Assembly (NCBI GenBank): GCA_010015805.1
Contig: ML978121.1
Coordinates: 3,720,001 to 3,784,000, forward strand
DNA length: 64,000 nt
Direction of reading: 5' to 3'
From: Rhizodiscina lignyota
Taxonomy: Eukaryota
Part shown: piece after piece, positions 24,281-35,876 of the stretch
Position numbering within the stretch: the first letter of the stretch is position 1
Layout of the letters: each line of letters begins with the position of its first letter
The notes under the pieces: model-generated
Database searches by the model: none
Told to the model about the DNA's origin: nothing
Seen by the model: the letters and a program-made list of their open reading frames with translations, nothing else
Program-made: the position numbers and the translations under genes

Positions 24281-25049
24281 CTGGATCTACGTCTTGTGCT
24301 ACGATGTATATTGTGGAGTGCCTGGCGAGGGCAGACGTGAATTAGCTGCGCTTATGATCCGTAATGATAGCAATACCGCGACTATGTCGCCACGGCAGTA
24401 TGAAAGCAGCTCTCCGTATCTGACATGATACTCTGGAGATCTCCGTATGACTTGAGTCTGCACAGCGGAAACTATTCAAAACAAACATCTCCCAACCCTA
24501 AAGGGAAACCGATCACGGTGTTCATGTAGCAGTGAAGAATCCGACCATCGCACGTGAGGAAGAATTCTTTTGGTTGGTTTGGTGGTTGACAACGTGGCAT
24601 GCGTCGCCAGCCCGTGGTTGCAATCCCAACGTCATCCGATGCAACTTATGCTTAACTTGCGTAGGGGCCGTAAGCTGCATATTCCCTTGTTTCTAGAGAT
24701 ACAATACTTTCGGCATCGGCTGCAGCACTGACGATCCTGAAACTTTGCACTGGTGCAAAAATCATGTAGATGATGTTCAACCCCACGCAAGGGTCGTACA
24801 TTCAGTTGAGACCATTGTCCAAAGCTGGGTCTTCTGTGCAAGCTTTCCCATGCGAGTGAGATGAAATGCGATCGCATTACCTATTAACCCATATAACGAG
24901 AGAAGATATTCGGGAACAGCCCCGCATCATCTCGAAGATTCAGGCAAGAGAGCATTATCGGACGCGAGTGAAACAAGTACAAGTGACATATTTCCTACCC
25001 ATCCACACGGCGAGGCAGAGCAAAGGAGATATTCGAGCGCAACTCACCA

Positions 25050-26672
25050 ATGGCGGCAAATGTCTTCTTCTTCGCCTTGCTGCTGGCGGCGATTGCCTTC
25101 TTCGTGCAGACTCTCATCATCAGACCCGTCATACAGGCTCGAAAGTTGCGCGGTCTGCGCTGCGCTGCCGTGCCCATCGAGCCGAGCAGATATCCCCTGG
25201 GCATCGACACGGTACTGTCTGCGCTTCGCGCCGATAGAGAGCAGCGCACCCCAGATGCCGCACGTCAGCGCTTTGCAGCAATGGGTCGCAACACGTTCCG
25301 CATCAGCGTCCTTGGTACGTCGAACCTCATCACCGCGGAGCCTCGCAATGTGCAGGCGCTGCTGGCCACGCAGTTCGCCGACTTTGGCATGGGCGCCGCG
25401 CGCAGCAACAACCTGCGCAAAGCGCTCGGCCGAAGCATTTTCGCCGTCGATGGCCACGCGTGGAAGATGTCGCGCGCGGTGATGCGGCCCATCTTTGCAC
25501 GCGACAACCTCGCCGACCTCGCGCTGCTGGAGCGACACGTGCAGCAGCTGTTGCAATGTATCGAGGCGTCTGGCGTCAACGGTGACGGATGGACGATGCT
25601 GCCGGTCAGCCTGGCCTCGCTGATGCCGTGTTTGACCATCGACAGCGCGACTGCCATGTTCCTCGGCGAGGGCAGCGGCACCCAAGCACTACCCGCGCGT
25701 CTGGCGGCAATGGGTAACAAGGGGAGGGGGCCGTCGTCCCAACCTCCTCTGCGCGACTTTACTTGGGCATTCGAACGTCTCGTGGCCGTGCTGGGCATCC
25801 GCATGCGCTTGCGGAATCTGTACTGGCTGTACGGTAATCATGATGTAGCCGAGTGCGTCGCCATCCTTCACGCCTTCGTCGACGACGCCATTGACGCCGC
25901 CGACCGCGCAGCGGATTCGGACGCGAAGCAACGATACAACTTCCTCGAGGAGCTTCGACAGCGCTGCAGCGACCGGGCGGAGGTGCGCGAACAAGTGCTC
26001 GGTCTGCTGGCGGCCGGGCGCGACACAACTGCGGGATTGATTAGTTGGGTCTTCTACTGTCTGGTCCGTCACCCTCGCGTGTGGACGAAGCTCCGCCAGG
26101 TCGTTCTCGACACGTTTGGCCCATACACTGCTGATACCAACGCGACTTTGGCCGCGGTCACGTTCGACAAGCTTAAAGGCTGCTCGTACCTTCAGCATGT
26201 CTTGAACGAAACGCTTCGCCTGCACAGCATCGTGGCATTTAATAGCCGCAGGGCACTGCGTGACACGACGTTACCAACGGGTGGGGGCCCGGATGGCACG
26301 CAGCCCGTCTTTGTTCCTGCGGGCACCGAAGTCAACTTCAGCTCGCATGTCATGCATCTGCGTCATGACCTCTGGGGCAAGGATGCCGACGAGTTTGTGC
26401 CGGAGAGATGGCAAACCGCTCGACCTGGCTGGGCCTTTGTCCCTTTCAATGGCGGTCCTCGGATCTGCATCGGCCAGCAGTTCGCCCTGACAGAGGCGGG
26501 ATACGTCATTGTGCGCATGTTACAGCGTTATGCCGATATCGCGGGCCTGGATGTTGATCTGACGAGAGACTATCACCGCTTTACTGTCACGTGTACTCCT
26601 GGCACTCCTGATGAAGATGGAGAGGCAGTGAAATGCAGGCTGAGATTGGCCGATTATGAGATTCAGCAGTAG
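25050..26672 (+). CDS. Cytochrome P450, CYP52-clan (alkane/fatty-acid hydroxylase-like), intronless
   Basis: TAEPRNVQALLATQF, AGRDTT, NETLR, TTLPTGGGPDG, PERW and FNGGPRICIGQQFALTE. Confidence 0.95.
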   Translation: MAANVFFFALLLAAIAFFVQTLIIRPVIQARKLRGLRCAAVPIEPSRYPLGIDTVLSALRADREQRTPDAARQRFAAMGRNTFRISVLGTSNLITAEPRNVQALLATQFADFGMGAARSNNLRKALGRSIFAVDGHAWKMSRAVMRPIFARDNLADLALLERHVQQLLQCIEASGVNGDGWTMLPVSLASLMPCLTIDSATAMFLGEGSGTQALPARLAAMGNKGRGPSSQPPLRDFTWAFERLVAVLGIRMRLRNLYWLYGNHDVAECVAILHAFVDDAIDAADRAADSDAKQRYNFLEELRQRCSDRAEVREQVLGLLAAGRDTTAGLISWVFYCLVRHPRVWTKLRQVVLDTFGPYTADTNATLAAVTFDKLKGCSYLQHVLNETLRLHSIVAFNSRRALRDTTLPTGGGPDGTQPVFVPAGTEVNFSSHVMHLRHDLWGKDADEFVPERWQTARPGWAFVPFNGGPRICIGQQFALTEAGYVIVRMLQRYADIAGLDVDLTRDYHRFTVTCTPGTPDEDGEAVKCRLRLADYEIQQ

Positions 26673-26758
26673 ACGTAAGAGCATCTCAAAAGAATTAGTC
26701 GAGTGGGCAATTACGCAATGTATAACTCTTCCGCGAAGGAGAAGTAAGCAGAGACAGG

Positions 26759-27721
26759 CTACCTCAGCCGAGAGAGCGGAATTGAAGTGACGACCTTTGA
26801 CCAAACCTCCTGTGCACTTCCTCCGCCTCGTCTGATCGCCCAGACAGCGGATAGCAATACAACAGCAACACTCGCAGATGGAAGCAGCACTCTCCTAGCC
26901 GCCTTGGCCAGGAACGTTCTCATTCTCTTCCGAATCCTCTCCTTCTGTGCATCTGTCTCATTAACCTTTGGAAACGGCACGTTTGGCACTTCCTTGCCCA
27001 AGAACCGACACAGCGGCTCCCAGCCGTCCTGCAGCCGGAAATCCAGCCGCTTCTCTTCGGGCACTGCGGCGCGCACCTCGCGATAGTGCCTCCGGAACCT
27101 CTCCTTCGCATTCGCCCGGATCCCGTCGACGTCTTGCGCCTCGAAGAAGCCGTAAAACAACTTCCGCGTAGTGGCCACGGCCTTCAGCCCAAACAGCGGG
27201 CCGAGAATGTTGACGAAGAAGTTGGCGCGGGGACCCCACAGCGTCCGGAACACGGCATCGTCCATGCTGCGGTACCATCGGTCGATGTCATCGCGTTCGA
27301 CCAGCACGACCTTGGCATCTGGATAGGCGGCGATCAGCTGCAGCGCGAACACGGATCCCAAGTCGGTGATGGCTTCCGAGGGTGCGAAGGTGGCGTCCCA
27401 GTCAGCGCGCCCGAATTCGGCACCAGTGTAGCTGGGAAGTGACGGGAAGGTGGCGTCGGCTGCAGCGCTAAGGAGCGGCCATACGTGGGGTTGGTCGACG
27501 GCTTTGATGCCATGGAAGACGTCACGGTAGCCTAGGATGGTGAGCGCCTCGCAGATGGATGCCGACCCTGTTGGCAGAGATGTCAGCGTGGCAGTGTATT
27601 GTATTGTGTTGACTTGAAATTGGAGCGTGAATTGTGCTTCTCTGACTTTGGACTTGCCTGTTCTGAATAGTCCCAGGGAAAGGACCTGGACGCCCGAGGG
27701 TGGTTCTCGTGTGGAGTCCAT
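26759..27721 (-). CDS. P-loop sulfotransferase-like protein (Sulfotransfer_4 type; often annotated NAD-dependent epimerase/dehydratase) with C-terminal TM anchor
   Basis: Spliced N-terminus VLSLGLFRTGSASICEALTILGY, then AYPDAKVVLVERD..WYRS, DGWEPLCRFLGKEVP..PFPKVN and a hydrophobic tail. In-frame GC-AG intron 27568-27657. Confidence 0.85.
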   Translation of the reverse strand: MDSTREPPSGVQVLSLGLFRTGKSKVREAQFTLQFQVNTIQYTATLTSLPTGSASICEALTILGYRDVFHGIKAVDQPHVWPLLSAAADATFPSLPSYTGAEFGRADWDATFAPSEAITDLGSVFALQLIAAYPDAKVVLVERDDIDRWYRSMDDAVFRTLWGPRANFFVNILGPLFGLKAVATTRKLFYGFFEAQDVDGIRANAKERFRRHYREVRAAVPEEKRLDFRLQDGWEPLCRFLGKEVPNVPFPKVNETDAQKERIRKRMRTFLAKAARRVLLPSASVAVVLLSAVWAIRRGGGSAQEVWSKVVTSIPLSRLR

Positions 27722-28232
27722 CTCTAGTTGACGACGTCCAGTAGTGTAGTAGATAAACACCGCTCCTCTTTCATGTTACCATTGCTATCTTATTGGACTT
27801 TATAGTTGAGTGAACAGGATGGGCACCTTGCGATCCTAATTACACATGACTGACAAGGGACATTTAGCGCCAGAGGGTGGGATGGGCGTGGGTCAATAAC
27901 AAGGTTTTCGAGTGGTTGCCGCAGTCTCCCTGTACCCGCCGTCTCACTTGCATCGACAACCACGTCTCCTGCAGCATCTTTCTTTTCTTTTCCACATCGC
28001 CATCCTGGAACGCTCCGCATGCACGATGAAAGCTTGCATGTCTGGTTGCGTCGGCGTTTTGCTTCCCATCTGTGAGCCTTTGGTACTAATACACACATTT
28101 CACCCCGCCAATCACGTCAAAGTTTTGGTTGACCATTTACCACTAGTTACTTCGACATCATAATCGCAGTCTCCATTGGAATACTGTCCTCGTGCCTGTG
28201 GTGGCGTTGCCGCTTCCCCTCCGGGCCCAGTA

Positions 28233-31200
28233 TTAATCTGGCATTTTCGAGAGCAGAGTTGCAAGTTCCTGGCGACACTCAACAGTGCTTGGATGAAACG
28301 CTCCGAGTTGTCTTTCGAATCCGGCGCATGCTCTCTTGTACAACCATACTGACTCATCGTAATGCTCGATTTTCTCCAAGAAGTATGCGAGACTCCACAC
28401 ATTCTCTAGAATATTAGGGTGGTCGTCGCCGAGCTTCTTCTCTGCCTCTGCCAGCGCCCGCCGCTTTATATCCACCGCTTCCGTGTACTTCCCTTGCGAC
28501 GCCAGCACCACCCCGAGGTTGTGTAGGCTCTCCAGCGTATCCTGATGGTCTTTACCAAGATTCTTCTCCATCCCCGCTAGTGCCCGCCGCTCTATCTCTT
28601 CCGCTTCCTCGTCTTTCCCTTGGCCCGTTAACAATCGTGCCAGGTAGTGCAGGCTCGTTAGCGTGTTGGGATGGTCCTCCCCAAGCTCCTTCCCTCTCCC
28701 CGCTACTACCCGCCGCAGCAACTCCTCTGCCTCCTCACTCTCCCCTTGGCAGCACAGCGCCATCCCCACGTTGTGCATGCTCGTCATCGTGTCGGGATGA
28801 TTCGTCCCAAGCACCTTCTCTTTCCCTACCAGTTCTCGCCGGTACATCATCTGTGACTCCTCATATTTTCCTTGGCACGACAGTGCATTTCCCAGATGAT
28901 TTAAGCTCGTCAGCGTGTCGATATGGTCCTCCCCAAGCTCTTTCTCATTTACTACAAGTGCCCGTCGCCCAATCTCCTCGGCCTCTTCGTATTTCTCTTG
29001 TTGGTTTAATACCTGCGCCAAATTATTCAAGTTGGCCACCGTTTCGGGATGGTCTTCTCCATGCACCTTTTTTCTCTTCAATAGCACCGTAGTCACCCGC
29101 TGGGCCGACATCTTTGCTTCTTCGTATCTTCCTTGGTCTATTAGTATCGAAGCGAGGATCTGAAGATTCCGCTGTATCATAGGCTCACTCCATGCCATGA
29201 ACGACCACCTCTCGCATTCCTCAAGGGATTGATGAATCAGCTCTTCTGCCTGCAAAAACAACCTCTGTTTCCATGCATACCCCCCAGCATTTGTCACTAA
29301 CCGCGTCCAGTCCTCCCCCTGTTCTATGTGAGAAGGTCTCTTCTCGGTGATAGACTGGATATGGGGTAGGAGAGCCCTGCATAAACGCCAGTTCTTATAT
29401 TCTTCAGATCCGAATGCTTCTGCCATCACTGCCACAAATTTTCCCCAGAAATCTTCTTCCACGCCGGTTGAGCTCAGCCACACTCGTGTCGCAAACTGGA
29501 CCAAGCCGTGCATCCCAAACTCTTCTTCGTTCGGCTTCGTAATGAGGGAGAAGCTGTACAGCAACGCGATATCTTCGTAATATTCTCCATCCTCTTCGCT
29601 TTCCATCTTCTTCAAAATCTCCATCCTCTCCGAGCTATCCAACTTCTCCAAGCTTTCTACTCTCTCAAACCTCTCTGTAAACCTCATCCACTCTACGTTT
29701 TCCAATCTCTCCAAACTCTCCGTGCTCTTTGAGAAGTAACTCTCCAACCTCTTCGCTTTCTCCATCCACGCCGAGGCCTGTTCATCCTCTTCAATCCACC
29801 TAGAGAACTCATTATTGATCATGCTCGAATGGGCGCTCTCCAGCCTCTTCAAAGTCGACAAATTCTCCGTCGACTTCGTCAAATCCCAGCCCTCCCTAGT
29901 TTCCTCCCAATTTCTGCGGCTATAGAAGCAGAGCATAAATTCTGGTATGCCTTGTCGATTGAAGAAGCTTAGAAAAGATAGTAAGTCTGCAGCAGACCGT
30001 CGGTCGGACCGAATTTGCTCGAACGAGATCTGCCATGTCGTAAGGATTGAGTTCGAGGCCTTTTCATCACGTCGCATATCCGCCGCTGCCTTTTTAAGGA
30101 GCCGTGTTTTCGATTCAATGATACGAAAGCGGCGTATATAGTCCGAAATCGGCATCCGAGGCTGTCGATTGATGTACGATGCTGCCTGAATTATAGCTAA
30201 TGGAAAGTAGTCGAGTGCTGCCAGTAAGTCCACTGTGGAGTTATCCGGAGGTTCTCTTAGTTTATTTTCCAGGAGCTTGGTCGCTTCGTGCTGATTCATT
30301 GTCTCGACATGAATTATATCCTTCTCTCTTCCCGTCAGCTCTCTGGCGACATCGATATTTCGTGACGTGATCAGAACAGCCCCATTGTCACTCTGCGGCA
30401 GCAAGCTAGCTACTGAGTACCCTTCCTCAGACCCTGCTCCTTGCCCAGCAATCATTCCGAATTCATCTGCATTGTCCACGATCATCAGCCATGGTCCATT
30501 CGTTTCGTCCGACAGCCACTTGACCACTAGCCCAAGCACACTTGCTGTTCTGTCATCCCGTCCACGGAGCAGTAGCCTGTCTGCAATATCTTTGTACGCC
30601 GCCTCCACTCTCGCTTTGTTGCTCGCGTAGATCCAGAATACTCGCTTCTCCGGTGACTTCTGTTTGACACGATGCGCGTATTCGATGGCTAGTTGTGATT
30701 TCCTACTATGTCAGTATGTCCGCAACCGACGAGAGGGACACTCTTACCCTACACCCCCTAGCCCGACAAGCGCTACGCGTCCGGCCGGCTGGGAGCATCG
30801 TTCGTCTATCTGCTTGAGAATATCACCACGATTAACAAAATCTGGATCGCGTCGGAACGGAACGGTGAAAACAGGTCTCGGATTGCCTTGTAAAGATCTT
30901 AGTAACGGTAGATATTATGATGTTAGACTTCCCAGGCAGAGCGCTGGGCGCTTGTATTTGGAGATAGCTATAAGGAGGCTACTCACTAGACGCTGCATTG
31001 TCACGACACGCGATAGTAGCTCCGCTCCATTCCTTTAAGAATGCCTTCATGAAAGCAGCTGCAACGGCCGCGGCGTAGTTCTGCCATTTCTTGTTCTTGT
31101 GGCTGTCCGCGTAATCGCACACACCCTTGATCACAACAGTAGGAAAGTTGTCCCACACTCCAGCCCCTTCCATCTCGAATGCGATGACCTTCTTCTTCGT

Positions 31201-32085
31201 GGCGATTCCATCTCTGTGATATCCGGACTTCATCACCAAGTCACCTGATGCGATACGCCCAAAGTGTACTTCAGGCTTAGCCGCTACCGCATAGTGCTCT
31301 ATTGCGATACTAGCTTTTATTTTCTCTAGTCTGTCTCGCATGATTTGTCTTGCCTCTTCACACTTCAATTCTGCGCAGCTCGAGGTCAGTGCTACGTCGC
31401 AGACTACATCTTCTGCTCCGTGGCATTTCGCACAAACACTGCAAGAACTTTGCTGTCGATGCTTGTGCCGGTACGTCGGCGGAAAAAGAACGTCTTCGTT
31501 CGCGCCAGGGTACTTCGAGGTTCGAAAGTCCTCTTTGTCACAAAGTGCGGCGAGGTATTTGGAGCTGTTTTCCTTCAATTGTGCGCGGCTTCGTTTAGCA
31601 TTGAGCTTCTGCAGAAATGCTCGAACCTCGTGATTTGGCCTACCCAGGCTGTCTTCGAGTGTGTCTTTCATTTCTGCTCTGTGGGAATACTGCCGCCCAA
31701 AGTCAAACTGCACCACTCCAGTGCTGATTATCACGTCACCCAGAAGGATCTCTCCTCCTCCTTCACTCTCTGTAGGTACTCCGCCACAGACGCCTACTAC
31801 CAAGCCCAGCCTGATGCTCGTGAAACTCGAGCGGAAACTCGCCGCCGTGCTGGCCGACGCGCTCTTGCCCATGCCCGGCATATATGCTAGGACGACATTG
31901 TGCTTCCCAATCCGGCCCAGGGTGTACGCATTGGGGTCACCCACTGCTTTCCCGTATGAGACTTCATCGTTGTCGTCCCAAAACTCATCGAACATAGCCT
32001 CGACAGCATCGGCTTCGATTCGAAGGGCGCAGATGAGGGCGATTTCGAAATCGCTTCGGCGACATGGCTGCTGGTACTTCGCCAT
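28233..32085 (-). CDS. Fungal NLR-like protein: PNP_UDP_1 effector, NB-ARC, TPR repeats; 3 exons
   Basis: PNP motifs IALICAL, DPNAYTLG, GLVVGVCGG, FEMEGAG and IKGVCDYADSHKNK. Introns 30887-30986 and 30703-30747 join these to VPFRRDPDFVNR, Walker A GLGGVGKS, Walker B WLMIVDNAD, LITSR, FPLAI and MHGLV, followed by TPRs. Confidence 0.92.
28240..29070 (-). repeat. Array of six 42-aa (126-nt) kinesin-light-chain-type TPR units plus a partial seventh
   Basis: Recurring LGxxHPxTL motifs: GEDHPET, GEDHIDT, GTNHPDT, GEDHPNT, GKDHQDT, GDDHPNI, GAFHPST. Confidence 0.9.
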
Positions 32086-33269
32086 CACCGTAATTGGTAG
32101 CGGTACACGGCATTAAGAAGAGCCTTCCAAATTTGTGCTGCAATATAGACGGAGGAAGAGGTCGGGATCGAAAGGGTCAAGAGAGGTGCATTCTAGAGAT
32201 ATTTAGTGTTAAGACTGAGACTCCGTGAGCTGGCAACGGCCCTGCTGTTCTTTGAGTTAGCGACAGCCTTGCTGCGTGACTGATGCAGCATGTGCTTCAA
32301 CACAATTGGTTCGTCTTGCAGAGTAGAGCTTCTACAAAACTCCAGAATGCCATATTGCATTTAATGTCGGGCCCTCGAGGCAGGAACTTAGAAGTGATCG
32401 AGTACTTTAAGCGATGGCTATAGGTTGGACCGTTACGCAGCAAAATCTATAACACTTACAAAGTAATAACTACAGCCGATCAATATAAGCCGTTCCTTAC
32501 ATTTCAAAAAAAGCTCAGACGAGGACCTGGTCAATCTCTTCGGGTAAACTCCGGTCCGAATCGAGGCTTCAGTACTGCGGTCCGCTGAAGGGCGTTTTAC
32601 AAGTCCTTACTGACATGAAGTGCTTGATATCTAGCTATTCGCAGTGCTGCACTGAATTCGCTCCATGTGTTTCAAACTGAGGATTCAGGCGCCGAGACGG
32701 CGAGTGCATTGGCGAGGAGTCGAGGACCGTTGCGGCGGCCCCACAAGAAGCGACCACTGCATCGCAGACAAGATCAACAACAGTTTGCGTACGGACACGG
32801 AGGCACTAGGACTGTAAATGGGCCTTTCAAGGTCCTATTACCGTCTGATCCGTCGATATGACCTTGAAAGCCCGGATTGCGAGATACAGTTCCTCCGCAT
32901 TTCATCGTGGAAGCTGGAATGATGAACATGAATGAGATGCAGCCTTTATGTAAGCCGACACTTTCTTCAATTATCTGGCATTTGTATTAATCGTGCAAAT
33001 TCCCACGATTCTCGGTGATGTGACCGGTCTTCAATCCTCCTTACGAGCTCATCCATCGATCTACTCATTGGCGGTCAGGTAAATGCCGATTTACCGTGGC
33101 TTGCCGGCTTCCCGATCCGACCTTTCGAGCGTGGAGAAAAATATTTGATCTCCTCGTCTTAATCCCAGTGATTCCTGTCAGCAAAATATGGCACGAGCAG
33201 TCCTTCCTGGTATCCGATCGCTATTTACTTCCTCGTGGTACTGGCATTTCAATACAAACTCCCTCCGTG

Positions 33270-35445
33270 ATGGCCTCGGAAAAGAGTGGAGGTCACGCGC
33301 AAGATGAAGCCAAGGAGATCGATGGATCGACCTCACTGAGGTCGAGCTCAAACAATATTTCAGAGAAGACGGATGCTATCCTAACGCCATCACCACAAGA
33401 GTTGCGCACACTGACTGAATATAAAACGCATCATGATCTTCAAGCCCCACGTAAAACCGCAAGCACGCAGATTGGTACATCACCCTCCAAAGATCTGGCT
33501 GCGACATCCAACAGTGACAATTCGGACGGTCCCTCCTCAGTATCCAGCCGCATTTTAGCCATCATCTTCTTCGTTCCACCTTGGTGCCGCTGGGATGCGG
33601 CTAACCCACCCAAGTTCCGGACATGGCACAACGTCCTGTTCGCCTTAGCCGGCGGCTGCACCGTTGCTAACCTATATTACAATCATCCTATTCTGAACGT
33701 CTTGGCCCAGGACTTCCATACCAGCCAGGCCGGTGTCTCGAAGATCCCAACTCTAATGCAGGCTGGCTACGCGACGGGTCTGGTACTCATCTTACCGCTC
33801 GGTGACATGATGCCTATTCGGCCGATCACCTTGGGATGCATAGGTTTTACAGCCATTCTATGGTTAGTACTTTACTTTTGTTTACCTCGTTTAGATTGAT
33901 GCGTGAAGGCTCCATCTTTGCGTTTTATGAAGGCGTAAGGTTTGGTGTGCAAGCCCTAGTGCTTTTCGCTCCTGGTCTCCGATTCCATTCGAAATATCTT
34001 TACCCTCGTATGATCTCAATACTTTAAACTCCACGCACAATATTCAACTTCCGGCTGACTCCATCCCTACCCCAGGATCGGCCTGTGTACGACAAACATT
34101 TTCCCGAGCTTTCTGGCTCTCTCCTACATAACAGCTATAACAACTGTAACACCACAAATCATGCTTCCATTAGTAGCTGGACTTGCCTCCCCCGAGAACC
34201 GTGCCGTATCTATTGCAATGGTATCTTCGGGCAACGCGCTTGGTATTGTCATCGCACGCATCACGTCTGGTGTCGTTACCAGCTTCATATCCTGGCGCTA
34301 CATCTACTGGTTGGGGTTGGGACTGCAAGTTATGATCCTCGTCCTGCTGTGGCTGTTTATGCCCAACTATCCATGTAAGAATTGGGAGGTCATCAAGGAG
34401 AAAGGGAGGACGGGGGGCAATGAGAATGGAGCTCATACAGTGAATGAGAAATCGATGACACGAACACTAAAGGAAGTTGGTAAGAGCTATATGGACGCGT
34501 TGTGGACGATGGTGCTTCTACTGAGGAAACATGCTATACTTGTGCAATGCTGCATCATGAGCCTTTGCACTAGTGTGACATTTACCTGTTATGTCAGTTC
34601 ATCCTTTCCCCAATTATTTTTCTCATATTGCCTGCCTTCTTTAATCCCTTTTAATCATTAAGTCGCGCAAGTCTGATCTGCTACCATTTTAATTACTGAT
34701 CTCTCCCCCCAACTGTCTGCTGCCCACTTCTATATATCAAGGCTATGTTCACACTTTAGTTTTCCGTCTATATGCCTATTACTCACATATTGTACAGTGG
34801 ACAACACTAACCTTCCTCCTCTCCTCTCCGCAATACCCGTACTCTCTCCCACCCTACAAAATTGGCTTGTTCGGCCTCATTGGCATTACAAGCATTGTTC
34901 TCAATCCATTCTACGGCAAATACGTTGTGGGAAAGCTCCGAGTACCGCTCTATGCTATCGTCCTCGGCCTCTGCATCAATCTCGTTGGGACCATTATTGG
35001 CACCGTGGTGGGCCCAATTTCAATTGCGGGCCCAATCATCCAAGGCCTGCTTCTCGACGCCTCGTTCCAGATCGTTGGCATCGCACACCGAATGGCGATA
35101 TACTACGTCGAGCCCGGCGCATCGAGGAACAGGATCAACACTGCTTTCATGTTGGTCACGTTCTTCGGTCAAATCATGGGTACCAGTGCCGGAAACAAGA
35201 TTTACGAAACGTATGGCGGGTGGAGAGCAAGCGGCGCTCTGAGCATAGGTGCACTTGTGTTTGCACTGTTCATTGCGGGCATCAGAGGCCCGCATGAGAA
35301 GAGGTGGGTTGGTTGGGGTGGGGGATGGGGGGTTAAAGATACGAAGGAGGTTGAGGAGGACGCTGGAAGGGTGGATATTGAGAGTGGGGTCTACATTGAA
35401 GAAGATAATAGTCGGGAGAGTGAGGAAGTAACTGTACAAAGCTGA
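33270..35445 (+). CDS. MFS transporter, 3 exons
   Basis: VANLYYNHPIL, QAGYATGL..PLGD, multiple TM helices, RNRINTAFM. Introns 33863-34075 and 34593-34797 restore the frame. Confidence 0.9.
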
Positions 35446-35876
35446 AATTGTATAAGTACACCGACTTGCAAATAGAACATTGGCTGCTGTAGATATCGAC
35501 ACTATCCTTTAACCCTAACCCTAATCCTCCGATACTCCTCCGCATCACGAGGGGAGAGTTCCGATATAGGCAATCTCCGAGGGCAATGCGGCATCTATCT
35601 TTCCACCATCCGAACGCTTGTCAATTGGGGCCTCTCACTCCATTTTCCTTATCACATCGTGCAGAATGGGACCATGCGGGGTCCAATTAGCTCAATTGAC
35701 CTTTGAAAGTCAAGCATTTGTCAATGATAGTGGCATAATTACGCGAACCAGCACGACTCAGACCACGACATATAACCTTTGACGACCGAAGACAATGGCG
35801 CGAACTACAATCTTCGACCAATTCTCGTGCTCAGAGCATGTCAAATTTTCCTACTCGCACCAAAACAGATCCCAAT

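Noticed and set aside
30979..32088. Stand-alone nucleoside phosphorylase gene
   Set aside because: Canonical introns join it in frame to the NB-ARC-TPR ORF.
35510..35524. TAACCCTAACCCTAA telomere-like motif
   Set aside because: Only about 2.5 units in a 3' region; too short to call an interstitial telomere.
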